From Octopus vulgaris (Eukaryota): a stretch of 64,000 bases of DNA. Where the stretch lies: assembly GCA_951406725.2 (NCBI GenBank), contig OX597819.1, forward strand, positions 2,542,001 to 2,606,000. Direction: 5' to 3'. Below the pieces are notes generated by a model, which was not told the origin of the DNA, ran no database searches, and worked only from the letters and a program-made list of their open reading frames with translations. Of this stretch, positions 1-12,400 are shown one piece after another. Made by a program: the position numbers and the translations under genes. The number at the start of each line of letters is the position of its first letter. Positions within the stretch are counted from its first letter, which is position 1.

Positions 1-76
1 ATGTTTGATATCACATACAATAATTCATTTTTAATTCGTGTAATTTTTTCAGCAAACCTCTTTATCAGATAGTCTT

Positions 77-165
77 TTATTCAACATCAGTGAGATTTCG
101 TGGAAAGAAAGAACTTCTCCGCCCCAATGAATGAGAACGTTGTTGAAGACGATGCGCAGTTACAT
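77..165 (-). CDS. Shaw: Shaw/Kv3 channel, probable last coding exon
   Basis: Acceptor atctatttcag| at 166/165. The phase-1 join gives DVTAHRLQQRSHSLGRRSSFFPRNLTDVE then TAA (79-77), including an RRSS kinase-type site. Confidence 0.7.
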
Positions 166-254
166 CTGAAATAGATATAAATTAAATTATAATCGCTTAT
201 AAAACTTATAACACAGGTACACCGTAGGGTTACGGTGATAAACGATTAAATCAA

Positions 255-370
255 ACCCAATATTTGTGCATATTTTTATCGACTTCGGTTACATGAAATA
301 CAATTTCGAACTTGACGAAATTTTGACTCAGAACATAATGAAATGTAAATAGATATCGCAGGTCGTTTTC
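255..370 (-). mobile_element. Degenerate tRNA-derived SINE (family A) fragment
   Basis: Reverse complement resembles the ttctgagttcaaat...gtcgataaa segment of the copy at 16685. Confidence 0.4.
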
Positions 371-3075
371 TTCTACCACGTTCTACCTACACAAGCTGAT
401 GACAAGTTAACCTTCAGAATAACAAAATAACGGTTTCCCCTTCATCTGTTTGTTGAAACCTCATTCCACTCACCACAGATACTGTGAATATCAATCTTTG
501 GAAATTCATCTAGAAAACGGCATATCTTTACGGCAAGAAATATAGTAACCTGCTTTTGCAACACAACAGCTTTGAGCTGATACAAATGAACAATCGAAAA
601 AAACTGATCCCACATTGAAAATGGGACACGCTCTAAGATTATACCTATAAAAAGTAATCGTCCTTATCAAAAAAATCTCTTTGTCGACTCGAGAAAACGG
701 AGAAGCTTCTGTATAATCATAAAGAAATCGAATCAAACCTTTCTTAGCACACGTATCATATTGACTGAATGCCAATATTTTGAGCCAGTACTGCACACAA
801 TAAAAAATGAATATTTATGATCGAAAATATCTGTAGTATACTTTGCTTAATCAACTGTCACCGCATCATAGATTTGATCCTGTAGAAATAACCAGAATAA
901 TCCAGCATCAATTTTCACGTTTACTATAGAAATGTAGCAACAGTAAAATCAGTTAGAAACTAAGCATTTGAGAATATATACCCATGGGAAAGCTACAGGT
1001 TGACGTAGGGAAAATATTTTTGAGATTATAGAGAAAGAAGAACTGCTTTGGGAAAAGAAGAGAAATATAAACAAATAGAAACTTGTGAAATTCTTCCGGA
1101 ATATATTAATATTAGTTGCAACATGCAGTATCAGATCAAATTTCTTGCAATACAAATTCAAAATTTAAAAAAACTCACTTTCACTTACCCCAACACCATT
1201 ACCACCCCACCCCCACACCAAAAAACACACACACACACCGACTTAATAATCTCGTGAACTGTTCGACAATCGTCCTTTACTTCTTGCTTTACATATTATG
1301 TATTTCACAATACATCTTGCAAATTTTTCTCCAGTAAATAGTTTCTCTGAAAAATTCAACAACAGAAAGGTAATTTTCTCTAACCTTTCATTCATCCTCC
1401 TCTAGAATGGTCTATACAAATACTTGACACCATATTTTCCATTCTGGAGCACCAAATATAAAAGGCTAATTAATTTTGTTCACTAAAGGGGTACGCACAA
1501 GGCAGAAAGTTCACCTAATTCGTAGAGGGTTAGACAAAGTATCTGTGTTATTTAGTGATGGCCCTTTAACTTTTGACTTCAAATCAAATCGATGGAGACT
1601 TCTCCCTTTCTTGCTGCTAAAATCGATAAAACTATTACTAGTTCAATATCTTCAGTGTATGTCCCCCAGAAATCAATAGATTTGGTAACCAATTGATGGA
1701 TACTTCAGATGAACTAAAGATCAAACAGTTAACTCTATTCACTTTGGTGCGTTTATAATAAATTGTGTAGTAGTAAAGTTATATGCAACTTGATTTAGGG
1801 CAAATGGTATTTCATATAGAATGCATTTTGTATTTTATCACATATTTAATAGAATTTATGAGAATAGATAAGGTGTCAATCATAGATCGCTAGTTCACTC
1901 ACTTTTATTAGTACTGCGTTGTCTTTGTGAAAGATATCGTCATTTTTAACCTCACTCTACCTTGGTAGCCGTCTGCTATTATGGCCATTTATCTTTTAGC
2001 ATTGACTATAAATCCGCTGATAACTGATCGTAGAGCAACAACAAAAAAATGACAATCAATGAGTTAAAATTTTTATAATAGTGTTGTACTATGCCGCTTA
2101 AAAGATATGACTTTGTGTTATATAAAATACCAAGGAATGACGTAATATAGATGCACTGTAATTTAATTGCTGTAATCTTGTTATTCACGCGTTCATACCT
2201 TACCAAGGCAACAACATTTTGTTATGCAAAGAATTGGCTTAAATCTACCTAACCAGAAATCTAGATGGTACAGTTTGCAGAGTTTATATTTCTGAGTGGG
2301 GTGGTCAATGACAATAATTGAGCCAAAGAAAAGGAAATATACAGAGGGAATTTTACTTTGAAGGGATGGCGTATTCACTCGAGTACTGGGGTTAATATAA
2401 TTGACCAATCCCCAGAATTCAATAGGGGTAATCACGCATTGATGAATACTTCTGATCACCAAAAGATCAAGCAATCGACATTATTCCGCAAGAGTGAGTG
2501 GGAAAATAATAGTATTTCAGCAGTGACATTGTAAAGAGAAAATAAAGACATAAATACGGCTCACATTAGGTGTTCAGCAAAAACCCAATAATATGAATGC
2601 GTTATTGTCCAATAGTCATCAACCACGTTATGATTATAAACCATCAATGTTACAAAGTTGCCCATCTATATCCATATGGACAGTGAATTCACTTAACGTC
2701 AGTCCGAAACTATACATGCGTAGTTGCACATCAACCAACAAATAGCCACATATAGTTTATCCAGGGAGTAACAGAAGGCAGAATTTATCTCGGTGCTAGA
2801 AACAAATTAAGATAATGATTTACTTCTGACAATACGAAACACATTTTTATAGCAGTAGATATTTGCTGTATGTCGCTAATGGCGTTCATAGACTGCAGTG
2901 TGCCAAAAATACTAACAGAAAGTATCAATGTTCTTCTATTAGTTCACAGTTAAGTTTCTACTATCCTTGGAAACTCTTAAATATATTTGTAAAGAAATAA
3001 TTAATTCTACTCTAATTTAATATTTTAGCAGGAAAGAGAGTAAATACTTTCTTACAGTTTGTCTATTTCTATTAC

Positions 3076-3237
3076 CTGAAGTCTGTTCAACCCTTTCTTG
3101 TAATGGGTGAACACTGTTTCTCTTCTCTAGATTTTTCTTAGAAGACTGCTTTCTGTTCGCTCGATTTTCGTCAGTTCCCTCAGCTACTTCATCGACGTAA
3201 ATAACACGAATTCCCACTACTTCGTTTGAATTGGTTT
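3076..3237 (-). CDS. Shaw: Shaw/Kv3 channel, probable coding exon 3 (C-terminal tail)
   Basis: Strong acceptor ttttttctttcttctgcag| at 3238/3237. The phase-1 join with exon 2 continues the open frame (QTNSNEVVGIRVIYVDE...RNSVHPLQERVEQTS). Donor CAG|GTAATA at 3076, phase 1. Confidence 0.75.
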
Positions 3238-4913
3238 CTGCAGAAGAAAGAAAAAACTAATAGTAGTAGGAAGAAAAAACGGAGATGGAGAGCAATGGAA
3301 GAGTGTCAATCGCAATTGATGTTGGCAGTTTACCAAATCGACGTAGAATGCGCCAAATTACTTGATAACAATATATTGCTACCAGTTTTTAAAAGGAATT
3401 AAAAATGGAAAGTAAATGTTATTCGTAGTGTGTTGCCAGGTTTTTAAATGTTCGCAAGGAATTCGATTTAATATAATTTGCAGCTCAATTAAACATTAAT
3501 TGATGTATACACTGTTAGTATTACTATTTCATTGAAAATGTGGCAAACACCCCGGAGGAAAAGATAAGTTCCCAGTTTACGATTTCTTACTGAATCCGTT
3601 TTATTGGTCTCCCGCTACCTTGGGAAAACGCTTAGGGGTCACAGTATCCATTTTTCCTGTCTATAAAGCTGAGGCCTTGAATTTAGCTCCCAGTAATCAA
3701 TATATCGCGATTAAGATGTAAGAGCAACAGTGTAAAGGCAAAGCCCCTGGTGAATCAAGATTGTAAGCTTATTTCAATTTCTAATTCGTGTTATTCAAAT
3801 TTACATATTTCTAATTCTCTTAAAAAAACACATGAGCGAAATAACACCGAATTCTTTCTGGCTAGAGTATTTTCGATATCGTCCCTGGACGTATAATTTA
3901 ATTAGAAAATATTGGTGAAAGGGACTTTACGGTATCCTGTTTGGTACTTAACTGAGTTCGAAAGATGCTATGCTTTAATTTGTCTGCATCCTTCGAAGGC
4001 CAGTAACAGAACTGTTTCAGTCTATCAACTCTAGCTTTATACATCATCAGAGGAAAACTATATCCCAATACAACATTACCTTAAAACTGCAAATCACAAC
4101 GGGATATCTTAAGGTAACCTACTGGAAGAACAGTTGTGATTTTAAATTTACTTCATTTCAAAAACAAATTACTCATTCTCACATCATGTTGTAATCAACT
4201 ATGATCCAAACTTGTTGATAGATTAAATATGTTGAAGAACCTTAACTTTTCCTTCCTGAATAGTTTAAACTGTATAAACTAAAAGTATCTTCATAGAGAA
4301 ATAAACAAAACGACACTTTATAGCAGTTTGTCGTTGCTATGTACTGAGAATGTTTTTGTTCACCTAGCAAAGCACTTGTTAATTATATTGGAAACACTTG
4401 TTAATTATACTGGAAACTCTACTTATGATGTCCTCTTAAAGTTGAGTTTTCTGGATTACTGTAAGTAGATTTCTCATCAATACAGTACCGATGCACATAA
4501 CTCAATAGTAAACCTCAATTATCTGTGGAGTAACTGACACTATATCCTCTCACAAGTACTTACATTTTACCATTTATTGTGGATGGGGCCATAGAAAAGA
4601 TATTTACTTCCATTCTACGAGGATAAAAAAAAAAGAGGGAAATTGGACTTGACACTGCATGCCAACAAAATTCCCGTCCATTTTATATTGTTGCTACTTC
4701 TTACTATGAACAAGATACACCACATAATGTCGTAACTACTTGCACTTAAATGCAGTCATGTGTCGAGTACTGCCATGGCCAAAGACAAAGCTCGGAACCG
4801 GTGATAAAATACTAACGACTAGTATTCAGGTAAGTTTTCGGAAAGCTATTAGTTTCGACAGAGTAAATGAGTTATGTTGAAAACATTTCGTATATATTGA
4901 AAATGTTACGCAC

Positions 4914-5835
4914 GTGTTTTGGAGGAACTGTCTGTACTGTCAATTGCGCTGTCCTGACTAGTTTTACCATATATAGATGTGATGCTGGTAGAAAGTGACT
5001 CCTGCTTTTCCGATAGCTGATCTTCACTAAACACCATTTCTTTTAAGGCATCGGCCGCACCTACAAGAACTTTCTTTGTCTTTTTTGGTAGTTTCAGCTT
5101 TGCTTGAGCATGTGAGTAATAAAGTGTAAAATTATTGACAATAACTGGTACTGGAAGCGCCAGCATAAGAACACCACAAAGTGAGCATATTGCTCCAATA
5201 ATGTAACCGAGTAGGGTGTCAGGAACATAGTCACCATATCCAAGAGTTGTTATAGTAACGAGAGCCCACCAAAATCCGATGGGAATATTCAAAAATTTGT
5301 TGCTAGCTGTTTCATCTATTTGCTGGGCGTAATAGATAAGGCATGCGAATATGGTTATTCCCATAAAGACAACAATTATCAATAGAAGTAGTTCTTTTGC
5401 ACTCGCCTTCACTGTGTGAGCTAATATTCGTATACCACTGACATGTCGTGTCAAACGTAAAATTCGAAAAATACGTATGAGACGCAACATATTGACATAA
5501 TATGAAACTTCTGTTTTCATTCCAACAAATCTATCCACGATTTCACGTAAATAAAATGGTATTAATGAGAAAACGTCAATCCAATTGAGAAAATTTTTAA
5601 AAAAGATTAATCGGTTGGGACAAAATATTAATCGGATAACTAATTCAAATGTAAAGTAAGCTATGCATGTTATCTCGAGGATTTTAAATACTGTCAAAGG
5701 ATTTGTTTTCATGATTTTTTGCCGGACATTAAGTGTAGAGTTGTGTAATACTGGTACACGAAAATCTTCAAGTGATTCCAAAGTGAAAGATACAATTGAC
5801 ATCAAAACGAAGAAGACAGAAATTCCCTCCATGAT
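4914..5835 (-). CDS. Shaw: Shaw/Kv3 channel, coding exon 2 (S1-S6, pore, proximal C-terminus)
   Basis: Acceptor ttttctag|ATC at 5836/5835, phase 0, matching exon 1. S4 MLRLIRIFRILRLTRH, pore WWALVTITTLGYGD, S6 LPVPVIVNNF, Shaw-type YYSHAQAKLKLPKK, and an NST sequon in the S1-S2 loop. Donor C|GTGCGT at 4914, phase 1. Confidence 0.95.
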
Positions 5836-8489
5836 CTAGAAAACATAAAAAAAGTTTTAATAACATAGGGTTCTTGCACATTGTCAAGGATTATGGAAAA
5901 TATATCATAAAGTACATACTCCAAAGCAAATAAGTTTTTTCTCATATTGACTCTCATTCCTTCTCATAGCAATTCGTGTGAGACCGAAATGCATTGAGTT
6001 TTGCAGCTCGTTCATCAAAATAAAAGTATACAGTAAAACAATTGTGAATTACCCAGAAATTTGCCCTGTAATTATTGCTGTGTATATTTCTTGAAAGTAC
6101 GGCTTCAATTACACAAAGATTTCTATGATAAACCCTTGCAATAAGGATTAATATATTCCGTTATATAGATACGTATATAATTTTGTTCTTTTTCATCCTT
6201 GTTGTTTAGCTCCAGTTCAACCGTGTTTTAGTGGCCCAATGTTCAAAGATATTTCAATCGGGACTCTACTGTTTCGAAAGAAATGGTATCTGAATGAATA
6301 AATTTAGAAAGATAGCACTTTACGTTAGCGCACATGCAGCAATATTAGCGTATAAAGTAATCATTTCGATAGATAAAAAATTTGAGAGGCAGGGCTTTCC
6401 AGAGAAATGTTGCTCAAAAATGCTGTGGTTTATAGAGCCATCCTAACACTGCTTTCGGGATACCCTCGGTATCGGAAATTCTCGTTATCTCTTGTTTCTC
6501 GATTATTGTGATACTAGTGATATGGTTCCGAGATCAAGAAATTTACTTCCACAATATTATATGCAGCATTCTTGACAGACATGCTCATTACTCATGAGGA
6601 GGCTCTAATTCCCAGTTCTACCTTGGCTAATTGTTTAAGTCAAGCAATAGTTTTGTTGTCATCAACGAACCACTCTGTTAATGAACTTCAAACTATTGGC
6701 CGCTAATATACTAGATATACCCCTTAACTCTAGTTGGTTAACATGTAAATTCAGGGAAGATTAACTTCTAATTGCTCAAATTGAGATTGTTCCCTCTGCT
6801 AGCTTCCATTGTTAACACCTAGCAACGAATGCATCAAATATAATTTCGCACATAACGTCATCAAGTAACCTCGTACAGCAGACACATGTTTCCATCCAGG
6901 TGAAAGAACATATACACCGTCAGATTGTCCTTTCTACCACGTGTAACAACAAACGAGAAAATCAGTATACTTTCAATTCCAACACGTAACTTGAGCGGAC
7001 CAATAGAGGATCCTAATATTCTCATTTGAAAGCAATTTTTATTCATCTTCACTCTGTTCCCATGCATTCGATGAGCTCGACATGCTTTGACGTCTATGAA
7101 GTTTCAGTCAGCTGGTTGATAAATACATATAGCTTCTAGAATATGGATTGGGTGCTTTTCAGCTCGTTGCACATCTACTTGTATGCACACGCATACCTAC
7201 ATATACACATATATAACCAATTGAAATAAACGAATATAAACGGACAACATGAGGATGTACACAAGAAATGTATTAGCCTAACGTTCAGTGAAAGGAGAGA
7301 GTGTATCCTACATTTCTGAAGAAGAAAGGATTGCAGAGACCAACTCTCGAAAGCGATCTTAGTAATGCTAAATTGGGAACAACATAGGTTAGCTTCGAAG
7401 TTATATAGAGCACTCCATTACAAACAGCAGAATCAATTCTACGTTTGAATGTCATGCTGTCAGAACTGTCCTCCCAAATATTATTAAATAGCTTTGCTCA
7501 TATGAAACAACTTCTGACTTGGCGTGCTTCTCTTAATTTAGCAATATCAACACCAACACTTTTTAGGTTTCTATCAGTCATTAATGATTTTTGATGCTGC
7601 TGTCAAATAGCATAAAGCAAAATGTGTAGAAAAAGGAACACAATTCTTGCAATTTCGAAGAAGAGATTTTTTTATTTGCTTCTTTTGAATGATAACTGCT
7701 GTATGTGGGAAACAGTTACGTTACATCGAATCAGTATAGCTTTGTAATGTGCCTCTTATCAGACGCAGTCAGATTAAAATCTCAACAACCATAGCAGAGC
7801 TACGTCGCTTATGCGTCTAACAATGTCAATATCCTGTACTTTCCTACTTTGAAGAGTTAAAATTTACCCATAAAATCAGAACGCAAAGCATTTCTGTTGA
7901 AGATGATTTTGAAAGAACGAGAATTTTAAAACTGTTTTCAGTTTTTCAGTAGCACTAACCGTTTCTTTTTTGATAATTATATTTAAAATACTTTATATTT
8001 TTTTAATATTTGTTCAGATCATTGCTGGTTAGTCAGCGTGCCTAGGGAATGTATAATCATCCAGACATAACGGTAAACTGCCACAACTGAGCTTATGAAT
8101 ACTTGCCAGATATATATTTGGTTTCCAATATATAGCCAAAACAATCAGTGGGTACCAGGTCGAATCTGTTGCGCTTTTTAATATGATTGGTTCAACGAAA
8201 AGAAATGCGACTTTTGTGAAACTCATCATATGAGGAATTTAAAAGATTGTCATAATAATTGATATTCTGATATTTTTGTGGGGCTAACATCATTCATTTC
8301 AAGTCCTTCTTCAATTCCACTATAAACCAGTCCAATTTGATGGAACACTATAAATTCTCTGTCCTCGTATAAATAGCTAGTTTCTATAAATGAGGAAGTA
8401 AACAATGAGAATGTGTAATAAGTAGAACTGCTTGATCTACATATCCTGAATAAAAACCTAAAGGAAATTTGGAACCAAAGTTATTTACT

Positions 8490-9420
8490 GAAGAGTGTTT
8501 GGATGATCTTGCTAAAGACATCGCTACCTGAAGAAAAACCAGAGCTTCTCGCCTCAAGACTGAAACGGGGTAAGTTAACTGACAAAAATTAACAAGCTTT
8601 ACGGTTGACGGGCTTCTGTGCTATTGTAGTTGCATCCATGTGCCTTTCACAAATTTGTCTCTGACTCATCTACCATCCGACTGATGTCTCTTCATCAAAG
8701 CAGTTCTACTACTTGGCAGGAATGTAAAGCTATGTAATCCTATTGCCCACTTCGACTCTAAATTGAACATATGATAGTATGTTCATGCGTAGTTGATAAT
8801 ATTCAATACAATGTTCATTATAGATATCTTTGTTGGAATCTGAAAGTTACTGGCATACCAATGAACATGCAAGCAAGATTAGCAAAATATTGTTGCTTCT
8901 TATGTCTATAGAGCAGTCTTGCTACCACGGATTACTATAATAACCGTGATTAGCCCCTAACGTCGACATATATCGCAAGAATGAGCTACATTCAGCTATA
9001 TTCAAGCTGTTGTTTTAGTTAATACTCAAAACACATTTCTACCATCTCTTCGTATTGAACTTTGTTTAACGAAAACTTTGTTTAATAATGAATAAAGATA
9101 ATTCAAGAGGATCTCAATACCTTTCAAAAGAATGCTCAGGTGTAAGACAAAGTATAGGAAGAAATGTTTGCGTGACCGTAAATCAGGAAGGTATTAAAAG
9201 ATATTGAATTTAATCAAACTCTCAATACACTGTAATTAAAATCTTGATGGGCTTTTAAGTCGTTATGCGAAAACTTTCTAAAGAATAATAAGCGGGTTTA
9301 GAATTGAAATTATTGGTTGACTATTTTGTTATATTATATCGGAACTTAGACCATTTTCATATTAGAAAATCATATTCACTACACCTTTCAGAACTTGCCT
9401 AATGTATATTCTTTTCAATT
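8490..9420 (+). mobile_element. Heavily decayed DNA-transposon transposase remnant (superfamily not assigned)
   Basis: Frameshifted motifs in the expected order: ELLASRLK, AKYCCFLCL, LPSLRIELCLTK, WAFKSLCENFL. These recall a widespread invertebrate transposase family (ELLASRL...YTKYCCFLC...LPPLHIKLGLMK). Confidence 0.55.
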
Positions 9421-10029
9421 ACTGTTTTTTATATAAACATCGAGTGTTGGAAAACAAAAGTGTAACATATTTCCCAAGCCTATTTGCAACAGAATTGATA
9501 TAGTTCCAAACAGAAATCCAAATTTCTATGTAAGTTCAGCTCTATGAAACTTGCTACTCGTTATAGTATCGCAAAACTAATTATTTCTCAATTAGGCATC
9601 ATCCAAACGTATCGATTCCACATTGCTATAAAATATTAATGGCAATAAAATTGGTTGAGATAGAAGTGTGAGCTATACTGTCGAAAGTTAAGGTCCCCAT
9701 GACGTGTTCAGTTCGGCATTAATTGTAACCTCTTAAAGTGTACCCTTCGAATAACTGCAGAGTTTTGCCAACGAGTGATAGCTATTTCCGTTTATGGAGA
9801 AGAGTAGGTATGAATTTATGCATTCACATTCAAGATATACTAATGGTTACACATTTAACTTCAAAAGTGGAGAAAAAAATAGACTAATATCCTGTCGACA
9901 TTGTTATATTCTGACAGTATATATATGAAGCACCTGCTTTATAAAGCAACATATTTCTAAAACTATGGCATAAATTATACATTCTAACCTCTACAATATG
10001 AATTTAACCGCTATTCTTAGGAATCTTAA

Positions 10030-11080
10030 TATATAGAAGTTTATAGACATTATATATAATAGAGATTGCTTTAATAGATATGGGGAATAGAGAGTGTGAG
10101 TTTGTATTGATCGATATTATATATAGTAGAAGTAATATTGATAGCTGTTATATGCAGTAGGGATAATGTTAGAAAATATGCGAGCGGTGGCTAAGTAGAT
10201 AGACATTATATGTAGTAGAAGTTGTTTTGATACGCAATATTTCTAGTAACGTGTGTAATGATATATTATTCAGAAGGGTTTCTACAGATATGTTATGTGT
10301 AGTACATATTGTATTAATGGACGTTATGAATAGTGGAACTTGCATTGCTAGACATTTCGTAGTCAAGATAGTATTGTGTTAATAATTATTACAATTATGT
10401 GTTGTAGAGATTATACTGATAGATATTATGTGCAGTAGTTATTCGTAGAGATGTTATGCTGTACACATTGTACTAAGAGATATTATATGTCTAGTAGTTT
10501 GTGTATAGTAGAGGCTGTAGACATACATTATTTGTAGTAGAGATTGTAATGGTCGATATTTTGAACAGTGGAATTTTCATTGAGAAACCTTATGTTTACA
10601 GGAGTACAGGAGGTGTAATTATTCTAGAAAGATAGTTACATGTATTCAAGAATTTTATAAGAGACTTTGTGGCGTAGATGTTATAGAAGATTTTTGTATA
10701 GTAAATATTTCATTGATAAGTCTAATAAAGATTGTATTCATTAACATTATGTGTTGGAAGAGATTATATATACAGACATTACGAGCAGGAGAGACTAAAT
10801 TGACAGGCGTTTTATAAAATATCACATTTAGTGTTAATAGACATTATGGGTAGTAGATATCATAGCAAGATATATTGTGTGGTATAGATCGTATTGGTAG
10901 ATATTTATGAACACTAGCTATTATATCGTTAGACATTATGTGTTGTACATTTTTGCAATGTGAGACATTGTGAGTAGTAGATATTCCAGTCAGACATTAT
11001 CAGTGATAGATATTGCATATTGATATCTTGTGCTGAAGAGAATGTTACACTAAGAACAGACGGTATATTAATAACATTTG
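10030..11080 (+). repeat. Degenerate ~31-bp tandem repeat, forward block A1
   Basis: Recurring unit close to ATAGACATTATGTGTAGTAGAGATTGTATTG, e.g. near 10199, 10837 and 10930. Confidence 0.8.
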
Positions 11081-12099
11081 GCTGCATTTTGGGAAAAGTT
11101 TATCGTTTTCATGAAAAGTGTTCCTTGTCTATAATTTTGTCAGAATTTATTTATCAATTCAAGTTTCCATTTTCTCTTTTTCCTTTCAGAAACGCATTTT
11201 CACATAGTAGCGATATAGTGTGAATAAAGTTTGTTTATTAGTGAAACATAAGCTGCAATTATATAGTAGTCAATTTAGCCTTTTAATGAGAGGATAGCTC
11301 TTATATTCATTTCAACTATCTCATTTTAGATCTCATTTTATGAGATCTGACACTTTTCATCTATTTTAGACTAATTTTATGATTTTTTAAATTTGGCATA
11401 TTTTATCATACAAATACATGAAAGTATCACCGAAATGACGCACTTTATTGTAAACAGTGACATATTATAGAAAGAAGTGCATCACACAGGTAATAAATTC
11501 CGTCTGTTCAACGCCTGAAAACGTAGAATAAATATAAGAACAGGTTTGGCTTCTGTTTTCTTTCTTTTGTAAGTTTTCTTTTAATAGTCTGCCAACATAT
11601 ATGCATGCATTCCACATTCCCTGCTATCTTTTATTCATAGTTTTCATGTCTTGGTAGAAATGCTCTCTTTGCTTCTCCTAAATTAGCTGTGGTTAGTCTA
11701 AATTGTTGCGGAGGAAATGCGCTTTAATACTTGTATTACAACCTAGCTTGTGAAAAGAAGAAAGTAATACAGTCACCAGATCTTCAGAGTTTTCAGTTTT
11801 GTGGTTATCTACAAATATTTTTCACGGCTGGGAATGTCATTCATGTATGTTTCTTAACTGGTTAAAGTAAACTCACAAACAGACCATTTTTTCTTAATGT
11901 TCTTATCATCAAAGATACTTGACTTCAATTTCTATTGACTTAGAATTTAATTGTAGGATGTTTGAGACGTGTTTTCGACTGTTGGTGACCTGAAATCTCC
12001 TCCCAAAACTACCTGCCTATGAAATGCCTTCGTCTTACAATCTCCAGAATTAATAGCTTGTTACATAGATTGCATTATCACAGCATGCTGACGGAAATC

Positions 12100-12400
12100 T
12101 GGCGTATCTTTGGGTTTGGATTACTATTCCACTCCCTTTCTTTTATACATCAAGGACATACTTGCCGTTACGTCCAATAACACCCACTCTTACGCAGATA
12201 ATACAATTCTTCATTCTTCTCTAACCTTCTCCAGTCAGACACCTTTCACGCGCAACCTACAAAATACCACACCAAACATGCACTGGTTCCATGAAAATAT
12301 ACTTCAAAAGCATCTTTCAATGATCATATGCCAATATTATCTTATCAATAGTAAGAAAACACAAACGCTACTCATATGAAAACATCATGGCACCATGCTC
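12100..12400 (+). mobile_element. CR1/Jockey-like LINE reverse transcriptase fragment
   Basis: ORF 12110-12379 reads FLLYIKDI...HSYADNTIL (YADD-like)...INSKKTQ. Confidence 0.6.

Noticed and set aside
506-796. 96-aa minus-strand ORF in the last intron as a possible extra channel exon
   Set aside because: No convincing splice sites or channel similarity, and exons 3 and 4 already join in frame.
4008-4058. Minus-strand CTGATGA...GAAAC hammerhead-like motif (similar traces at about 41480-41515 and 63295-63325)
   Set aside because: Stems or core are too degraded to support a ribozyme call; at most fossil Penelope ends.
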